DNA from: Octopus bimaculoides
Lineage: Eukaryota
Direction of reading: 5' to 3'
DNA length: 64,000 bases
NCBI RefSeq assembly: GCF_001194135.2
Contig: NC_068993.1
Span: forward strand, 61,585,193 to 61,649,192
Shown here: positions 48,206 to 61,110 of the stretch, piece by piece
Layout: each line of letters begins with the position of its first letter
Numbering within the stretch: position 1 is the first letter of the stretch
Notes under the pieces: model-generated
The model's database searches: none
What the model saw: the letters and a program-made list of their open reading frames with translations, nothing else
Told to the model about the DNA's origin: nothing
Program-made: the position numbers and the translations under genes

Positions 48206-49147
48206 AGCCATTACGAGATTAATAACGCGGTGCAGAACTCAATATACATATGTTTCAGAATGAAATGTTAGCTAAGTATAGACCAGTAATAAGAGAGATG
48301 ACGAAGGCATAAATGGTTATCTAAGTTACTTCATTAGCTTACAGCTGTTTCTGCTATCAGATGCAGTGGACGCTTAGTTGAGAGCGTGAATAACAACTTA
48401 TAACTTCATCGGGGCCTCAAATATGAAGAGGAATTTATTTGGGAAAGAATTACATTTGTATTTATATGAGGAACGACATCAACAATGCGAGAAGTCAATA
48501 CAGATGTATATAAAAAAAGTGTATGTCGAGAATGTCATTAGATGTATTAGTGGAAATATATATATTTATACAAACGCATGCACTCTGCGTGGTATCTGCA
48601 TCTACATGTGTGTGCATAGAAGAAATTCAATTTTGGCCTCTTTGCGTAAATAAATTAGCAAGTCAAATCTTATTTATAGACATAATCTCTACGATAAAAT
48701 GTGAATACACTAACAGTTAGATTATCGTTACAACCTACAAAAAGATACCTACTTGAATGCCACAATGACGATCAGAATATGTGGAATAGTTGCAGCATAA
48801 ATTAGATGCTGCCATTTACGAAGTAGAAACGCCACACCTGCTAGAATTGTTCCTCCAACAGCGAAGGCTCCATTCGTAATAAAATTTATATGTGTCTTGT
48901 ACTGTTGAGAGACACATTCTATAACTGTAAAAAGCAAAAAAGAAAGTATAATGTTAGGATTTCTTGCAAACATCATGTACGACAAATTAATACATAATTT
49001 ATCAATATAGGTGGTGGCATGACTGTGTGGCAAGAAATTTACTTCTCAGGTACGTTGTTCTGGGTTCAGTCTCACTGCATGGCACCTTGAGCAAGTGTGT
49101 AGATTTGGTAGACGGAAACTGAAAAACGCGCGTCGTATACACACACG

Positions 49148-49195
<48 letters not shown>

Positions 49196-52011
49196 NNNNN
49201 NNNNNNNNNNNNNNNNNNNNNNNNNNNNNNNNNNNNNNNNNNNNNNNNNNNNNNNNNNNNNNNNNNNNNNNNNNNNNNNNNNNNNNNNNNNNNNNNNNNN
49301 NNNNNNNNNNNNNNNNNNNNNNNNNNNNNNNNNNNNNNNNNNNNNNNNNNNNNNNNNNNNNNNNNNNNNNNNNNNNNNNNNNNNNNNNNNNNNNNNNNNN
49401 NNNNNNNNNNNNNNNNNNNNNNNNNNNNNNNNNNNNNNNAACATGAAATACGTAAACAAACGAGGGAAAAAGAGTAAACTACGTAAACAACGAGAGAAAA
49501 ATGGAAAATAGGACAAGTAAACACAGAGAAAGAATCCTTCATCAGTTGCCGGCTGTCTATCTACTCCTCATTTCGAGCATTCAACGACAGTCTGAGTTTT
49601 GAAAGACAGTTGGTCCCATAAATTCTAAAGTAAAATTTAGGATTTATGGAGGGTCAAAGTTTGGAATGAAAAAAAGACTGTGGAAACCGAACGAAAGCAA
49701 GCATGGAGGGTCGTTAGACCAGAACGAGAGGAAAATAGTGAACGCTGGGAGAAGCATTTTTTTGAAAAGAGAAATGATAGAAGAGAGAAAAATACGGCCG
49801 TTCGTTTAAACGTTAGTGCAGGAACAGAAAGATGGTCACGTGAGGAAAAGAAAGATGGACGAGGGTCAAGTCTGAGCAACGTGTGTGTGTGTGAGAGAAT
49901 AGAGAGAGAGAGAGGAGAGAGAGATAGAGGGGAGAGAGAAAGGGGAGAGAGAGAGAACATAATAATCGTCCAAGGACATAAAATATCATGCACCCGTTAA
50001 TATTGTTCTGCGAAGCACATCCAAAATTGTACGCAAAACATTTTCATTTGAAAATAAACAGAAATTATAAATAAAAATTCTCTGTACAAACATCAATCAA
50101 TAAAAGTAACACAACATGGCAGCATTTTTACAGAATTGCCAAAGAGACGCAAAGCACAACCTACACAACATATTCTACGCAATTATTATTCAATAAAATA
50201 ACACAGCACTTATTATTCTTAGGCAACAATCGCCAAAATCTTACACAATTCACACTTTATCACAGTGATATTCTCCTAATAATATAAATATCTGTCTCTC
50301 TGTCGGTTTCTACAAGGGTTGCAGTTGATTCGATCAACAGTACAGCCTGTTGTTAACATGCAAGTTGCTGCGCACTCCACAGACATGCTTACCCTTAACG
50401 AAGTTCTCCGGGAGATTCAGCATGACTCATAGTGTGCAAGGCTGGCCCTTTGAATTGCAGGTACAACTCGTTTTTACCAGCTGAGTTGACAAGAACATTG
50501 TAAAGTAAAGTATCTGGCTTAAGGCCACAACACGCCGCCAGGAAACGAAGTTACGACCTTACGACCGTGGTCTGAGTAATCACTAAACCGTAAAACAACT
50601 TACATTGTAAATAATCTTCACTACCACCATTGAACAATATAATATATACATGGCGAACGCTCACACCATCTACACCACAAAATTACCTTACATTATAACA
50701 AATCAGGGCGTATACGCAAAACATACCACACAGTCACTGTACAACGTTATAGAATATTATCAATAACAAACATTTATATATTCTTGAAAAGCTCCACAGA
50801 AACATGGAGACCGTATATTTTATTGCCGTTGAAGTTGACATGCAACTAAGTAATGAAATAAAAAGTCCATGTCTGAAGAATTTAAAAATACTTACTATTC
50901 GTGTATAAAATGACAAAATTGCCTGAAAATCCAAATCCTTCAAAGAAGTATATAATAACGAAGATAATATAATTTGGTGCCTGTGTTTTGGCAAAGCTGG
51001 AAATTATGATAAGTACTTCTGCCGCACAGTATGTTTTGAATCGACCGAATCTGGAAAAAGTAAAATCATTCTGAGCAATGAGTGGTTCAAACATCATTAG
51101 CGAAAATCCTTAAAATTTTCCTACCTCTTAAATTCCTTNNNNNNNNNNNNNNNNNNNNNNNNNNNNNNNNNNNNNNNNNNNNNNNNNNNNNNATATATAT
51201 GCATTTCTTCACACAAGTAGACCATGCAAACTTTGCTTGTCCGCTAGTGAAAGGATTCCCAACAAATCACTTGATACAAGTCCCCTCTTAAATTCCAGAA
51301 TTGAGGTGTTTAATCGGTGAAGTCATGAGAGGAAATTCGTATTGAAAAGATAGTATTAACCGCTTCTTGACAGGCGATCGGAAATCGAACATAAACTGAC
51401 TGTTTTCGGACGCAACTGGTACAGATCAAAGGGGAGTAACTCAGTCTCGCCCAGAAAGGGTTTCGATTCGAAGAATTTTGTTTCAGGGTTTTTTTCACAA
51501 CCCTCGATGTACAAGACTGTATTCCTACCTCCATTGATAGAGTGGTAATGTGTCTCTGGCCAGCAGGTCTGATGAATCGCCGATATTGCTAAGAGCATAA
51601 TAGGTGCAAAACCAAGTCTACATTAAACACACGCGTACACATTACTTAAAATGACTTATATTAAGCCGATGCTTCCACCGACAATTCAGATACATTTACT
51701 TACAACGGTGATATATGTTTATAAATCTCCATTTGTTCATATTAAATTATACCCTTAATGAAAGTGAAAGTTTCGCACTTACTTGTCTGACAATATACCA
51801 AATGCCAAATTTCCCAGGAAGAAACCCCCAAACATCACAGACACGGCGGTGTTTTTCATCCATTCTCTTTCACAAGCTAAATCAAACTGAAAAAAGGAAA
51901 ACAATGAAATTGTTAACAAAACAATCGTTGAGCAGCTATACAGTTTCATATAGCAATTACAATGATTATACGAAAGTAAGTAATTCAAGGAAATAGACGC
52001 GTGATATATAT

Positions 52012-52055
<44 letters not shown>

Positions 52056-52665
52056 GGTAAAATTAATTAATTAATTAATTAATTAATTAATTAATAATTA
52101 ATAATTTTACCAAGTACGTTAAGAAATAACTTTCATGGGTAACATTATACAAATATTTTATAATTATAAGCATAATTATAATCAGGGATCAGCTAATTGC
52201 TTTGCGACTCACCGAATTTTGAAATAGCAGCCAACGCACTATTCCGCCACCATAAATATCTCCCAGACAGTAACACAATTAGCTGACCCCTGATTATAAT
52301 TATGCTTATAATTATAGAATATTGGTATAATGCTTATATGCGCAGAATATCTCTGTTTAAAATTAATAGTAGACCCGATATAGTAGTTAGGAGAATTGTG
52401 CAATATGTAATGGACCGTGCATTTGTATACTTCGTTAAACCTTCTGCAGTGGACTTGCAACGGCCATCGACCGTGTATCGGCAGTTGCAGCTATCTGTTT
52501 TACGAGTGTTATTAGTGGAAAGGAAAGATGTAGTATTCCTTATAGAGAAATCAAAAGTAGAATTAAGGGCGTTATTAGGAGATTGGATCATATTATTATA
52601 ATTGTTGTTATTATTATTGCTATTATTGTTATTTGTAGTGGTAATGGTATTATTATTATTAATAC

Positions 52666-52715
<50 letters not shown>

Positions 52716-52947
52716 TGGCGGTAGTGGTGGTGGTGGTGGTGGTGGTGGTCGTATTAGAGTAATTAATATTAGTATTAGTAGTGTTGCTATTAGTATCAAC
52801 ATTCGTCTCAGCTACTCTTCGACCTTCATAGGAAACGGGGAATTTTGTATCTTGGTTAATTGTAGTGCTAGGGTTGTGGGTGTTGCATATGCCATCGATA
52901 TCGGAGTTAGTGCTTTCATGGCTTTGACTTACGTTATGATTATATAT

Positions 52948-52990
<43 letters not shown>

Positions 52991-53777
52991 TATACGTGTA
53001 TATATATATATACACTACAACTGACCAACTACTTTCTCCCTTTCTCCCTTCCCCATTTTCACACTACATACGTCAAGATCACCAGCATTCTACCTCCCAC
53101 ACACAGCCCCTCGTTCCCGATCACCGTTTGTTATCTCCCCCTTTCTTAGCTCTCCTGAAATAAGAATTTCTAACTTCCGGTCAGTCATTGTTATGATCGG
53201 CCATTATTATGATTGACCGTTGACTGACCACTATTCAATTTTTTTTCTCCGTGTTTTTCNNNNNNNNNNNNNNNNNNNNNNNNNNNNNNNNNNNNNNNNN
53301 NNNNNNNNNNNNNNNNNNNNNNNNNNNNNNNNNNNNNNNNNNNNNNNNNNNNNNNNNNNNNNNNNNNNNNNNNNNNNNNNNNNNNNNNNNNNNNNNNNNN
53401 NNNNNNNNNNNNNNNNNNNNNNNNNNNNNNNNNNNNNNNNNNNNNNNNNNNNNNNNNNNNNNNNNNNNNNNNNNNNNNNNNNNNNNNNNNNNNNNNNNNN
53501 NNNNNNNNNNNNNNNNNNNNNNNNNNNNNNNNNNNNNNNNNNNNNNNNNNNNNNNNNNNNNNNNNNNNNNNNNNNNNNNNNNNNNNNNNNNNNNNNNNNN
53601 NNNNNNNNNNNNNNNNNNNNNNNNNNNNNNNNNNNNNNNNNNNNNNNNNNNNNNNNNNNNNNNNNNNNNNNNNNNNNNNNNNNNNNNNNNNNNNNNNNNN
53701 NNNNNNNNNNNNNNNNNNNNNNNNNNNNNNNNNNNNNNNNNNNNNNNNNNNNNNNNNNNNNNNNNNNNNNNNNNNNN

Positions 53778-53811
<34 letters not shown>

Positions 53812-56800
53812 CTTATATTTTCATATTTTTTACATTATTCTCTTATCCTTTTATTCTTTATATGTTCCATAATATTTATGTCTCTCCACACTTTCCCTCC
53901 GCTCCCACGCACGCATGCACATCTACTAGATATCAAAGGCGCCCAACATATACGCGTGAGCGCGCTAATATGAGCGCGTATAGTTTTAAAATTAAGTAAT
54001 AAACTACTAACCTGGCGAAAACTTGAGTTCCCCCTGACCAAAAACACTATCTCCCACCTCCCTTATCCCCGTCACCATCCTACCATATTCTATGTAAACT
54101 CAAATTAATCTCATTACACGAGTTTTAGTGTAAACCAATAAATGGGTTACGGATTAATTGGTTTAAACTTTAAAACTCGTGTATTGAGGTTAGTTTGAAT
54201 TTACATTTGACTTTCAACAACTTCAAATTGTCCACTTCCCGTTCAACTTAACATCTCTCATTCTATCAGTATGTATATCCTAGCTAACAAGCTCATTCTC
54301 GATTTCTACACCAGAACCTGACTACTACTAATATTTCTTTACCTTCCTACATAATTCCCATACTATGCTTAATAGCAAAAATTTCCAAATATTACTGTCT
54401 TAGATTGACCATGTGTATAAAAAGCCCAAATCAATTTTCAACACAACAGTTGAAGAATACGTTTATGAATTTGTGATGAAAACTTTCTGATGTGAAACCA
54501 TGTGTTGAAACAAATATTGTATTTCGGGACGGTCGTTTTTTTTTTTTTTGCCAGATAAACACACGCACTGTATATTCGGTCTTCACTCGTTTATTACTGT
54601 TCTTATTTTAACCCAAGTCCATTGTCCGGAAATTTTTCGTTACACATTTGTGACCTCTTCAGCGATACTTTCCCTCCGCGTGTGTGCTCCTGCTCCGCTT
54701 AGTCTTCTATACAAGAACAGAATGGACTAAGCGGAACAGGAGCGCACACGAGGACAGAAAGTATCGCTGAAGAGGTCACAGATGTGTGACGAAAGATTTC
54801 CGGACACTGGACATGGGTTAAAATAAGAACAGTTATAAATAAGTGAAGAGCGAATATATAGTGCGTGTGTTTATTTGGCAAAAAAACATGACCGTCCCGA
54901 GATACAACAATGGTTGGAGAATATCTAACTTATATACAATGTTAATATGGTAATGTGTGTTGACCTGACTACAAACAGTAATGTTTTATGACTGTCACTC
55001 ATCCAAATTTTGGCCATACAATACTCTTTAATTTTCTTAGGTCGTTCAATTTACCTCAATTGATCAATAAACCAAATGAGTAAATCAATTGAGTAAACCT
55101 ATCAGTAGTGTTCCTATAATGACTACTGGACTCAACTGAAAGCCAATTAAGGAGAAAAATGTTATGGCTAGAAAGAAGATGAGCTGTGAACTTTATACTC
55201 CTGTCTTCTGTCTATTGTTTAACTCTTAATCCTTCTACTATTCTATTCCTTTGTACACTGTGCTTTCTCTATCTTGAACTTTCCTACAAACTCACCTTGT
55301 CTCTGATGACGGAATACCCAGTGTATGGAGATGCTAACCTATCACTTGGGATATCGAAAGATTAATTAATTGATCAATTAATTAGGTAATTAATTAATTA
55401 ATTACTTCAAATTCACCTTGCCCTAATTAAATATTCTAAAAGACTTGAGATACTCGTCCTGCCTTGGTTTTGTTGTCCTTTTTCTTCTAATATATACCTG
55501 CTAACTCGGAAGCCTACTACGGATCCCTAGTTCCAACCTCAGCTGTGAACTTGGAACTTAACGAATGACCAATTATAGCACTTACATAGCGTACCTATTC
55601 GTTTAGATCACCAGTGAACTAAATTCCTCAAGTTATTTGAAGCTATACGAAAGTTCTCGAGCATTCAGTTTTGATTGCATTAAATAAAACTTCACCAATG
55701 CATAGACTTTATAAAAATACGTTGAGGGAAAGAAATCCAGTAGGAAATGGCCTCAATTTCGAGAAGACATGCGGCTGGCTAGGAGTAAATGAAGCAGGTT
55801 AAAATTCTAAATGAATTACAGCTGATTATTTAGTTGAATAAAACAATTGGTGACTTTCAAAGAAAAACCGATTGCCAAATTTCAAGCAAATACGTGTTAA
55901 TTGTATTGAATATGTATGCTGCTAAATTTATCTCAGCTAGTTGTTAGCTACGATACACATCGATCATAATCGCTTTTCTCAACATACTCTTTTCATATTT
56001 GCTCGATCAGTGGACATAGATGTTTGCAAGGAAATAAAAAGGAAAGAACTATGAGCAGTTAGACTGCGGGAATTTGAATAATAGCATCTAACCAACCTAC
56101 TTACGTCACCTCTCATTGCTTTTCCGCTGAACTCTTCATAGAAACTACATTTATTTTCTCATAGTATTCGTAATTCCTGCATTTTAAATCGGCTTTGGTA
56201 ACGATTTCTCTTTGAGGGAATAAAAAAAAAGACAATTATCTATGTTTCCTGCTTATTAGTTAAGCCCTCATACTTTCGACAAAACACGATATGTATTTAT
56301 GCGAGAAACAAACAATTTTCAACAATGAAGTAAAGACTACGTACCTCAGATACAATAGATGAGATTTCCTTGGTATAGAACTTTCGACCATATTTACACG
56401 TTTCCTTTGTAGAATTAATTGTGGGTAGGACATAGAGTCCTTCTTCAGAAACCAGTTTATACACAGAGCATTTCTCCTCTTCTACAGTTATGTTATTTAA
56501 GAATTCATCCAAGGTGATATTTGATGGAATCATGGATTCATTGAAATTCGAAGGATAACAAGCAAAAGGAATCTTTTCTCTTATAAACACCATTGTTAAA
56601 AGTGAATGACCATAAAATATTATAAATATTACAATTAAGAAAGTTAGTTTCTTTTGAAATAAACCATATCCACCGCATTGTATTAATATTTCCTCGGTAA
56701 TTTCAGATATTGACAAACCTAAATTATAAATTAAACAAAATTCATTTCAGTTATTGATTTCTAGACATTCACCACTTAGCGTTTCTGAATGAAGGGAAAA

Positions 56801-58886
56801 TGATTTCGATTCATCGAAACCCTTACACATCAAGGCATTTTACAGAAAGACATATAGTCGATTGAAAAGAGACATTGAATCGGGACTAGAATATAACTGG
56901 TTTCTGAACCATATTTTTATCATCGCAAGAAGGATGAAAAGCGAAATCCAATCCGGTGTAGCAATTTCGGATTACCCAACATTTAGCTCACCAGCCAGCA
57001 AATTGAAACTCCATTCAGATTACCAGGGATTACTTTGAAATCGATTTCAAATTACCCCTTCACTACTCACATTGCCCTGCTTTCTCATTCCGCTAAAATG
57101 ATAAACTCTAACGCTTACAGCCTATAACAGTTTTGATTGCATTGTTACAATCAAGATTATAAGATATTCTTAAAGTGTGAACATAACAAAAACTTTTGGA
57201 TTTTAAACATACTCTAACATTTTTGTCATGGCTTTAAAATAAAGACTTTGACCATCAGAGATTGTAGATTTTAAATTTTTGTTTTGAAGAAAAACATTGT
57301 TATTTTTCCTTAAACGGAAACAGATTTGGATTAGAGGATTTAAAACCGAAGCACTTTTTTTTCTTATCCATCTGTATCGTATTTAAAGTAAGTACAGTAA
57401 CACCTCATTTTACGAAGACATACTTTACGAGCCGCAGAGTTTAAGAGTTCTATTTTTCAAGCACAAGATCCAAATTCGGTTTTGTTGGTTGGAGGAATAT
57501 CTTTTAGCAACAATTAACTTCATGGATAAATTCGTTTGTCTTAAAAAAAAAATGTGTTTTTATACTTTTGAAGAATTTTAGACGAACGAATCGACCGAGG
57601 CCTTTACTTTTAAGCGTCGTACTTATTTTATCGATCTCTTTTGCCGAACCTCTAAGTTACGGGGACATAGCAAACCAATGCCGGTTGTCAAGTAGTGGTG
57701 GGGGACAAACACAGACACAAAAACTCACACACTCACACATACGACGGGTTTCTTTGAGTTTCCGTCTTCCAAGTCCACTCAAAAGGCTTTGGTCGGCCCA
57801 AGGCTATAGTAGAAGACACTTGCTCAAGGTGCCACAGAGTGGGACTGAATTCTGGACCACTCGCTTGAGAAGCACGCTTCTTACCACGCAACTACGCCTG
57901 TGCCTATCCGTTTATAAATCCAATAATTTGTCATATTTTAAGATTAGCTCATAGTCTTGAATGTTACACGTGTGCAATGCGATAAACATATTATGCGTTG
58001 CAGATGTTAACATTTCTTATTTTAGCTAAACCAAAAAAGGCGGGGGTATAATGGGAGTAGTGCAGGGGCAATTTGACATCGATTGTAGATTGCCGGGATG
58101 TAAATTGGTGGGGGAACTTGAAGTCTTTACACCGGCGGACGTGAATACTGTACGTAAAGAGGCAGAGGAAAACAAATCATTTTCTAGGTTTTACTATTCC
58201 CGGAACATTCAAAAATAATATATAACGTGTAATTTCATGGATGATTAAGTGACAAAGACGGTTAACATTTAAGTAAGTTACACGTTTTATGATACAATGA
58301 ATGTCATATCTAAAATGAAAATGACAAAACAACATAGGTTTTCTAACATGCTTGTCATGTATATTCCTGATGACGTTAACAATACAGAACTGTTCAGTAA
58401 GTGAGACCAATATAGTATAACATTAATTAAAAGACGAGATCCTTGTGTAAGCCATTTGTTTAATTTTCTTTTCTTTTTACAGATTAGCGAGCATCGCTGC
58501 TATGCTGTAATATTTAATGTAAATATGTTACAAATACATGATGTAATTGGAAACCCTACAATCCTATGAAATTTGGTACCATATTCGTTTCCTTGTTATT
58601 TATGTTTTTAAAACGAGGTATTCAGTAGTGAAAAAGAAATATGGTAATGAAACTATAAGCAGATGTTGAAAAATAGTTACTTAAAACATTAAGATAAAAT
58701 TGCAGCAGAATTTAATATTATGGCATTATGTAACACTTTAAAAATATATAAACTAAGATACGTGTGAATAAACTAAGGAAAATGCTGTGAAAGAAAAAGA
58801 AAAGAAAAGAAACTATTCAGACCTTTGAGTTCCTGAGCAACAAGTTGCTCGTTTTCTTTTATCTGATTACTTGACTTTTTCTCCAT
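42860..58886 (-). CDS. SLC22/Orct-family organic ion transporter, paralog D (9 coding exons, 553 aa)
   Basis: Exons (descending) 58886-58823, 56718-56345, 51886-51783, 51050-50896, 48924-48753, 47210-46950, 46040-45826, 44623-44515, 43067-42860. GT-AG introns, 1662 nt open frame. Motifs FDLAC, SDKFGR, LPESPRW, AELFPTEVR, ARAGG, VPETK. Confidence 0.93.
43301..43520 (+). mobile_element. tRNA-derived SINE, family 1 (gene D intron 8)
   Basis: Full copy with imperfect flanking repeat aatatttcca(a)agagatg. Confidence 0.85.
43590..44175 (+). mobile_element. R4/Dong-like (restriction-like endonuclease) LINE 3' fragment
   Basis: IIGALGYVALCLNHNLEELVFSRPERRKLIGRLQNQVITGTVKICKAFQKFII* (43821-43982), followed by a 3' UTR shared with 10820-11078. 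Confidence 0.65.
46170..46790 (-). mobile_element. Cluster of three SINE family 1 copies or fragments (gene D intron 6)
   Basis: aaggatgaaaggcaaagtc..ctcggc recurs several times. Confidence 0.85.
47571..48015. mobile_element. Tigger/pogo-like MITE with TA target duplication
   Basis: TA|caggtcgtcgtcgacttacgacc ... ggtcgtaagtcgacgacgtcttg|TA. Confidence 0.8.
49008..49145 (+). mobile_element. tRNA-derived SINE, family 2 (internally deleted)
   Basis: gcatgactgtgtggcaagaa...gggttcagtctcactgcatggcaccttgagcaagtgt...ggtagacggaaactga, related to 57590-57905. Confidence 0.75.
50303..50590 (-). mobile_element. tRNA-derived SINE, family 3
   Basis: Reverse complement matches 63257-63541. Confidence 0.7.
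52240..52600 (-). mobile_element. Penelope-like GIY-YIG endonuclease fragment (gene D intron 2)
   Basis: TDSCNCRYTVDGRCK (CNCR...C linker) and, in another frame, EVYKCTV...YYIGSTINFKQRYSAH. Confidence 0.75.
52600..52800. repeat. Compound trinucleotide microsatellite (ATT/GTT/GTA/GTG)
   Basis: Direct inspection. Confidence 0.85.
54092..54206. repeat. About 115-bp imperfect hairpin element
   Basis: atgtaaactcaaattaatctcattacacgagtttta... pairs with ...taaaactcgtgtattgaggttagtttgaatttacat. Confidence 0.75.
54517..54907. mobile_element. About 390-bp fold-back (palindromic) element
   Basis: Two arms of about 180 bp, roughly 90% complementary, around a loop of about 20 nt; termini tcgggacggtc / gaccgtcccga. 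Confidence 0.85.
57590..57905 (-). mobile_element. tRNA-derived SINE, family 2
   Basis: Reverse complement contains gcaccttgagcaagtgtcttctactatagcc..ggccgaccaaagcc. Confidence 0.8.
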
Positions 58887-59191
58887 GTTACGGATAGTAG
58901 TTTTGCTGTCAGTAACCTCACTATACAGCGTCACCAAGAGGAATGTCTATGAAAATAGCATGCAGTATCTAATAACGTATGACTTAGGTACGTAAAATGT
59001 TAATGTATGTATACACTCACGCACATACATATACATATATATATAGTGAAAGGTCCGTCGGTCAACTGCTTCTCTCTTTTTTCAGCTCATCAGTTACAAA
59101 AAAAGAGTTTGTTCACATAATGATGCAGTCAGTGTGGCTTCGTGGCTTCCTAATACTATGATAAATTTGTCATTGCTTCCGGTGTATGCTG

Positions 59192-59281
<90 letters not shown>

Positions 59282-60542
59282 ATATATACATACATACATA
59301 CATATATGTATGTACGTATGTGTACAAATGTACATACATAAATGTATATATACACATATATAAAATGTACACACATACACGTGTATATATATGTATATAT
59401 ATATATATATATGTACTTGTGTGTGTGTGTGTGTGTGTGCTCGCGTGTATTAGAATATATAAATTTCCGTTAAAGCTTTTAGATTGTGGTAACCTTATCT
59501 CAAATTATGTAAATTATCCGCAATATTTATTGAGTAATTTTTAAATAAGTCTTTTTTCAGTAAATAACTATCATTATACGAATAGAAATTATAAATCTAC
59601 CTAATATGTATGATATGTGGCAAATTGATTGTGGTGGTGGGAGGAGACATGAAAACGAGGAAAAGATCAACGTAGATCGCAATCTGACTCAAAACTCTAA
59701 TGTTGAAAAAGATTCATCTTTATAATAGATCCTTTGGCCCAAAGTTGGAACTAGAGACAATTTGGATTCACTAACATCCGGAAGCGCAAGCTAAGAAAGC
59801 ATTAATTAATCTCTCCATATATCAAACTAACTACTCAATGTTGAATGTAACAAAGAAACAGACATGCACAAGAAAAATGTTCAAGAAACAAAGAAAAACA
59901 CAGGAAATTTCTAAAAGGTATTATAGTTGCTTTTAATAATTTCATTCTTTGTAATTTAGATGACCCAAATGAATGAAGGTGGAATTTGTCCTTTAAAATC
60001 AGAATTTAATTTCTGATATCCATGAAGAGTTTCTACAATTTCATTAGTGCCGTAATCATTTTAATTATTGTTTCGTATTTGCCATACCGGTTTCTCTCTT
60101 AGTTTTTGAATATTTCTTCCGATGGCGACGAACTAGCAAAATCGTTAGCACGCTGGCCTTTGGTCGGATCGAGGCTATAGTAGAAGACACTTTGCCCACG
60201 GTATCACGCATTGGAACTGAATCTGGAATCATGTCGTTGGAAAGTAAGCTTCTTATTACACACGTCTGTACCTGTATATATATATATATATATATATNNN
60301 NNNNNNNNNNNNNNNNNNNNNNNNNNNNNNNNNNNNNNNNNNNNNNNNNNNNNNNNNNNNNNNNNNNNNNNNNNNNNNNNNNNNNNNNNNNNNNNNNNNN
60401 NNNNNNNNNNNNNNNNNNNNNNNNNNNNNNNNNNNNNNNNNNNNNNNNNNNNNNNNNNNNNNNNNNNNNNNNNNATATATAGGTGCAGAAACTATATATT
60501 TCGAAGGGAATTTGGCAGCGCCACCTCTAGCCGAACAATTAT

Positions 60543-60587
60543 TCTGTGCTGATGAAGGGAAATAACCCAGAAATCGTGATACACAGA
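60543..60587 (+). ncRNA. Minimal type I hammerhead-like motif with extra A residues flanking stem II
   Basis: TCTGTG-CTGATGA-A-GGG(AAATAA)CCC-A-GAAA-TCGTGA-T-A-CACAGA. Confidence 0.55.
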
Positions 60588-60927
60588 TATTGTTTTGGGC
60601 TGAGTTGGGGTGCTAGATTCCCTTGTTCGAAAATATAAGGATACAGATCGTGTCGTATGGCCAGCTGGAGACAATGTCTCCTGGGGCTAAATTACAGCAA
60701 CATTCGTCCTAAACCAGGACTGCCATGTTATGTTGGTAAACAATCTTTACTCAGTACTTATTTTTTCTTAAATCCGGTACTTATTCTATAGGAGACGTAA
60801 ACAAAATCAACACCGGTTGTCAAGCAGTTGTAGGGATAAATACAAAGTCAAACACACGCACGCACATACATACTTTTATACACCCACACATACCCATTTA
60901 TCTACCTATCTATCTGTCTATATTTAT

Positions 60928-60979
<52 letters not shown>

Positions 60980-61003
60980 TGTACGATAGGATACAAATAG
61001 GAC

Positions 61004-61110
61004 GATATTTATTTCGAACGCAGAATTGCTGTTAGAATAGCAGAGATACTGGGTAATTTACCTAGTATGTCTGGTGTTCTTACGGCAATTCTGCGTTCGA
61101 AAAAAATATC
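61004..61110. repeat. About 107-bp imperfect hairpin element
   Basis: gatatttatttcgaacgcagaattgctgttagaatag...ggtaa|t|ttacc...gcaattctgcgttcgaaaaaaatatc. Confidence 0.8.

Noticed and set aside
49535-49600. Minus-strand GAAA...CTGATGAAGG as a permuted hammerhead
   Set aside because: Could not form convincing stems I-III.
51200-51600. Higher-GC segment with short ORFs in gene D intron 3
   Set aside because: Probably a decayed repeat, but no family motif was recognised.
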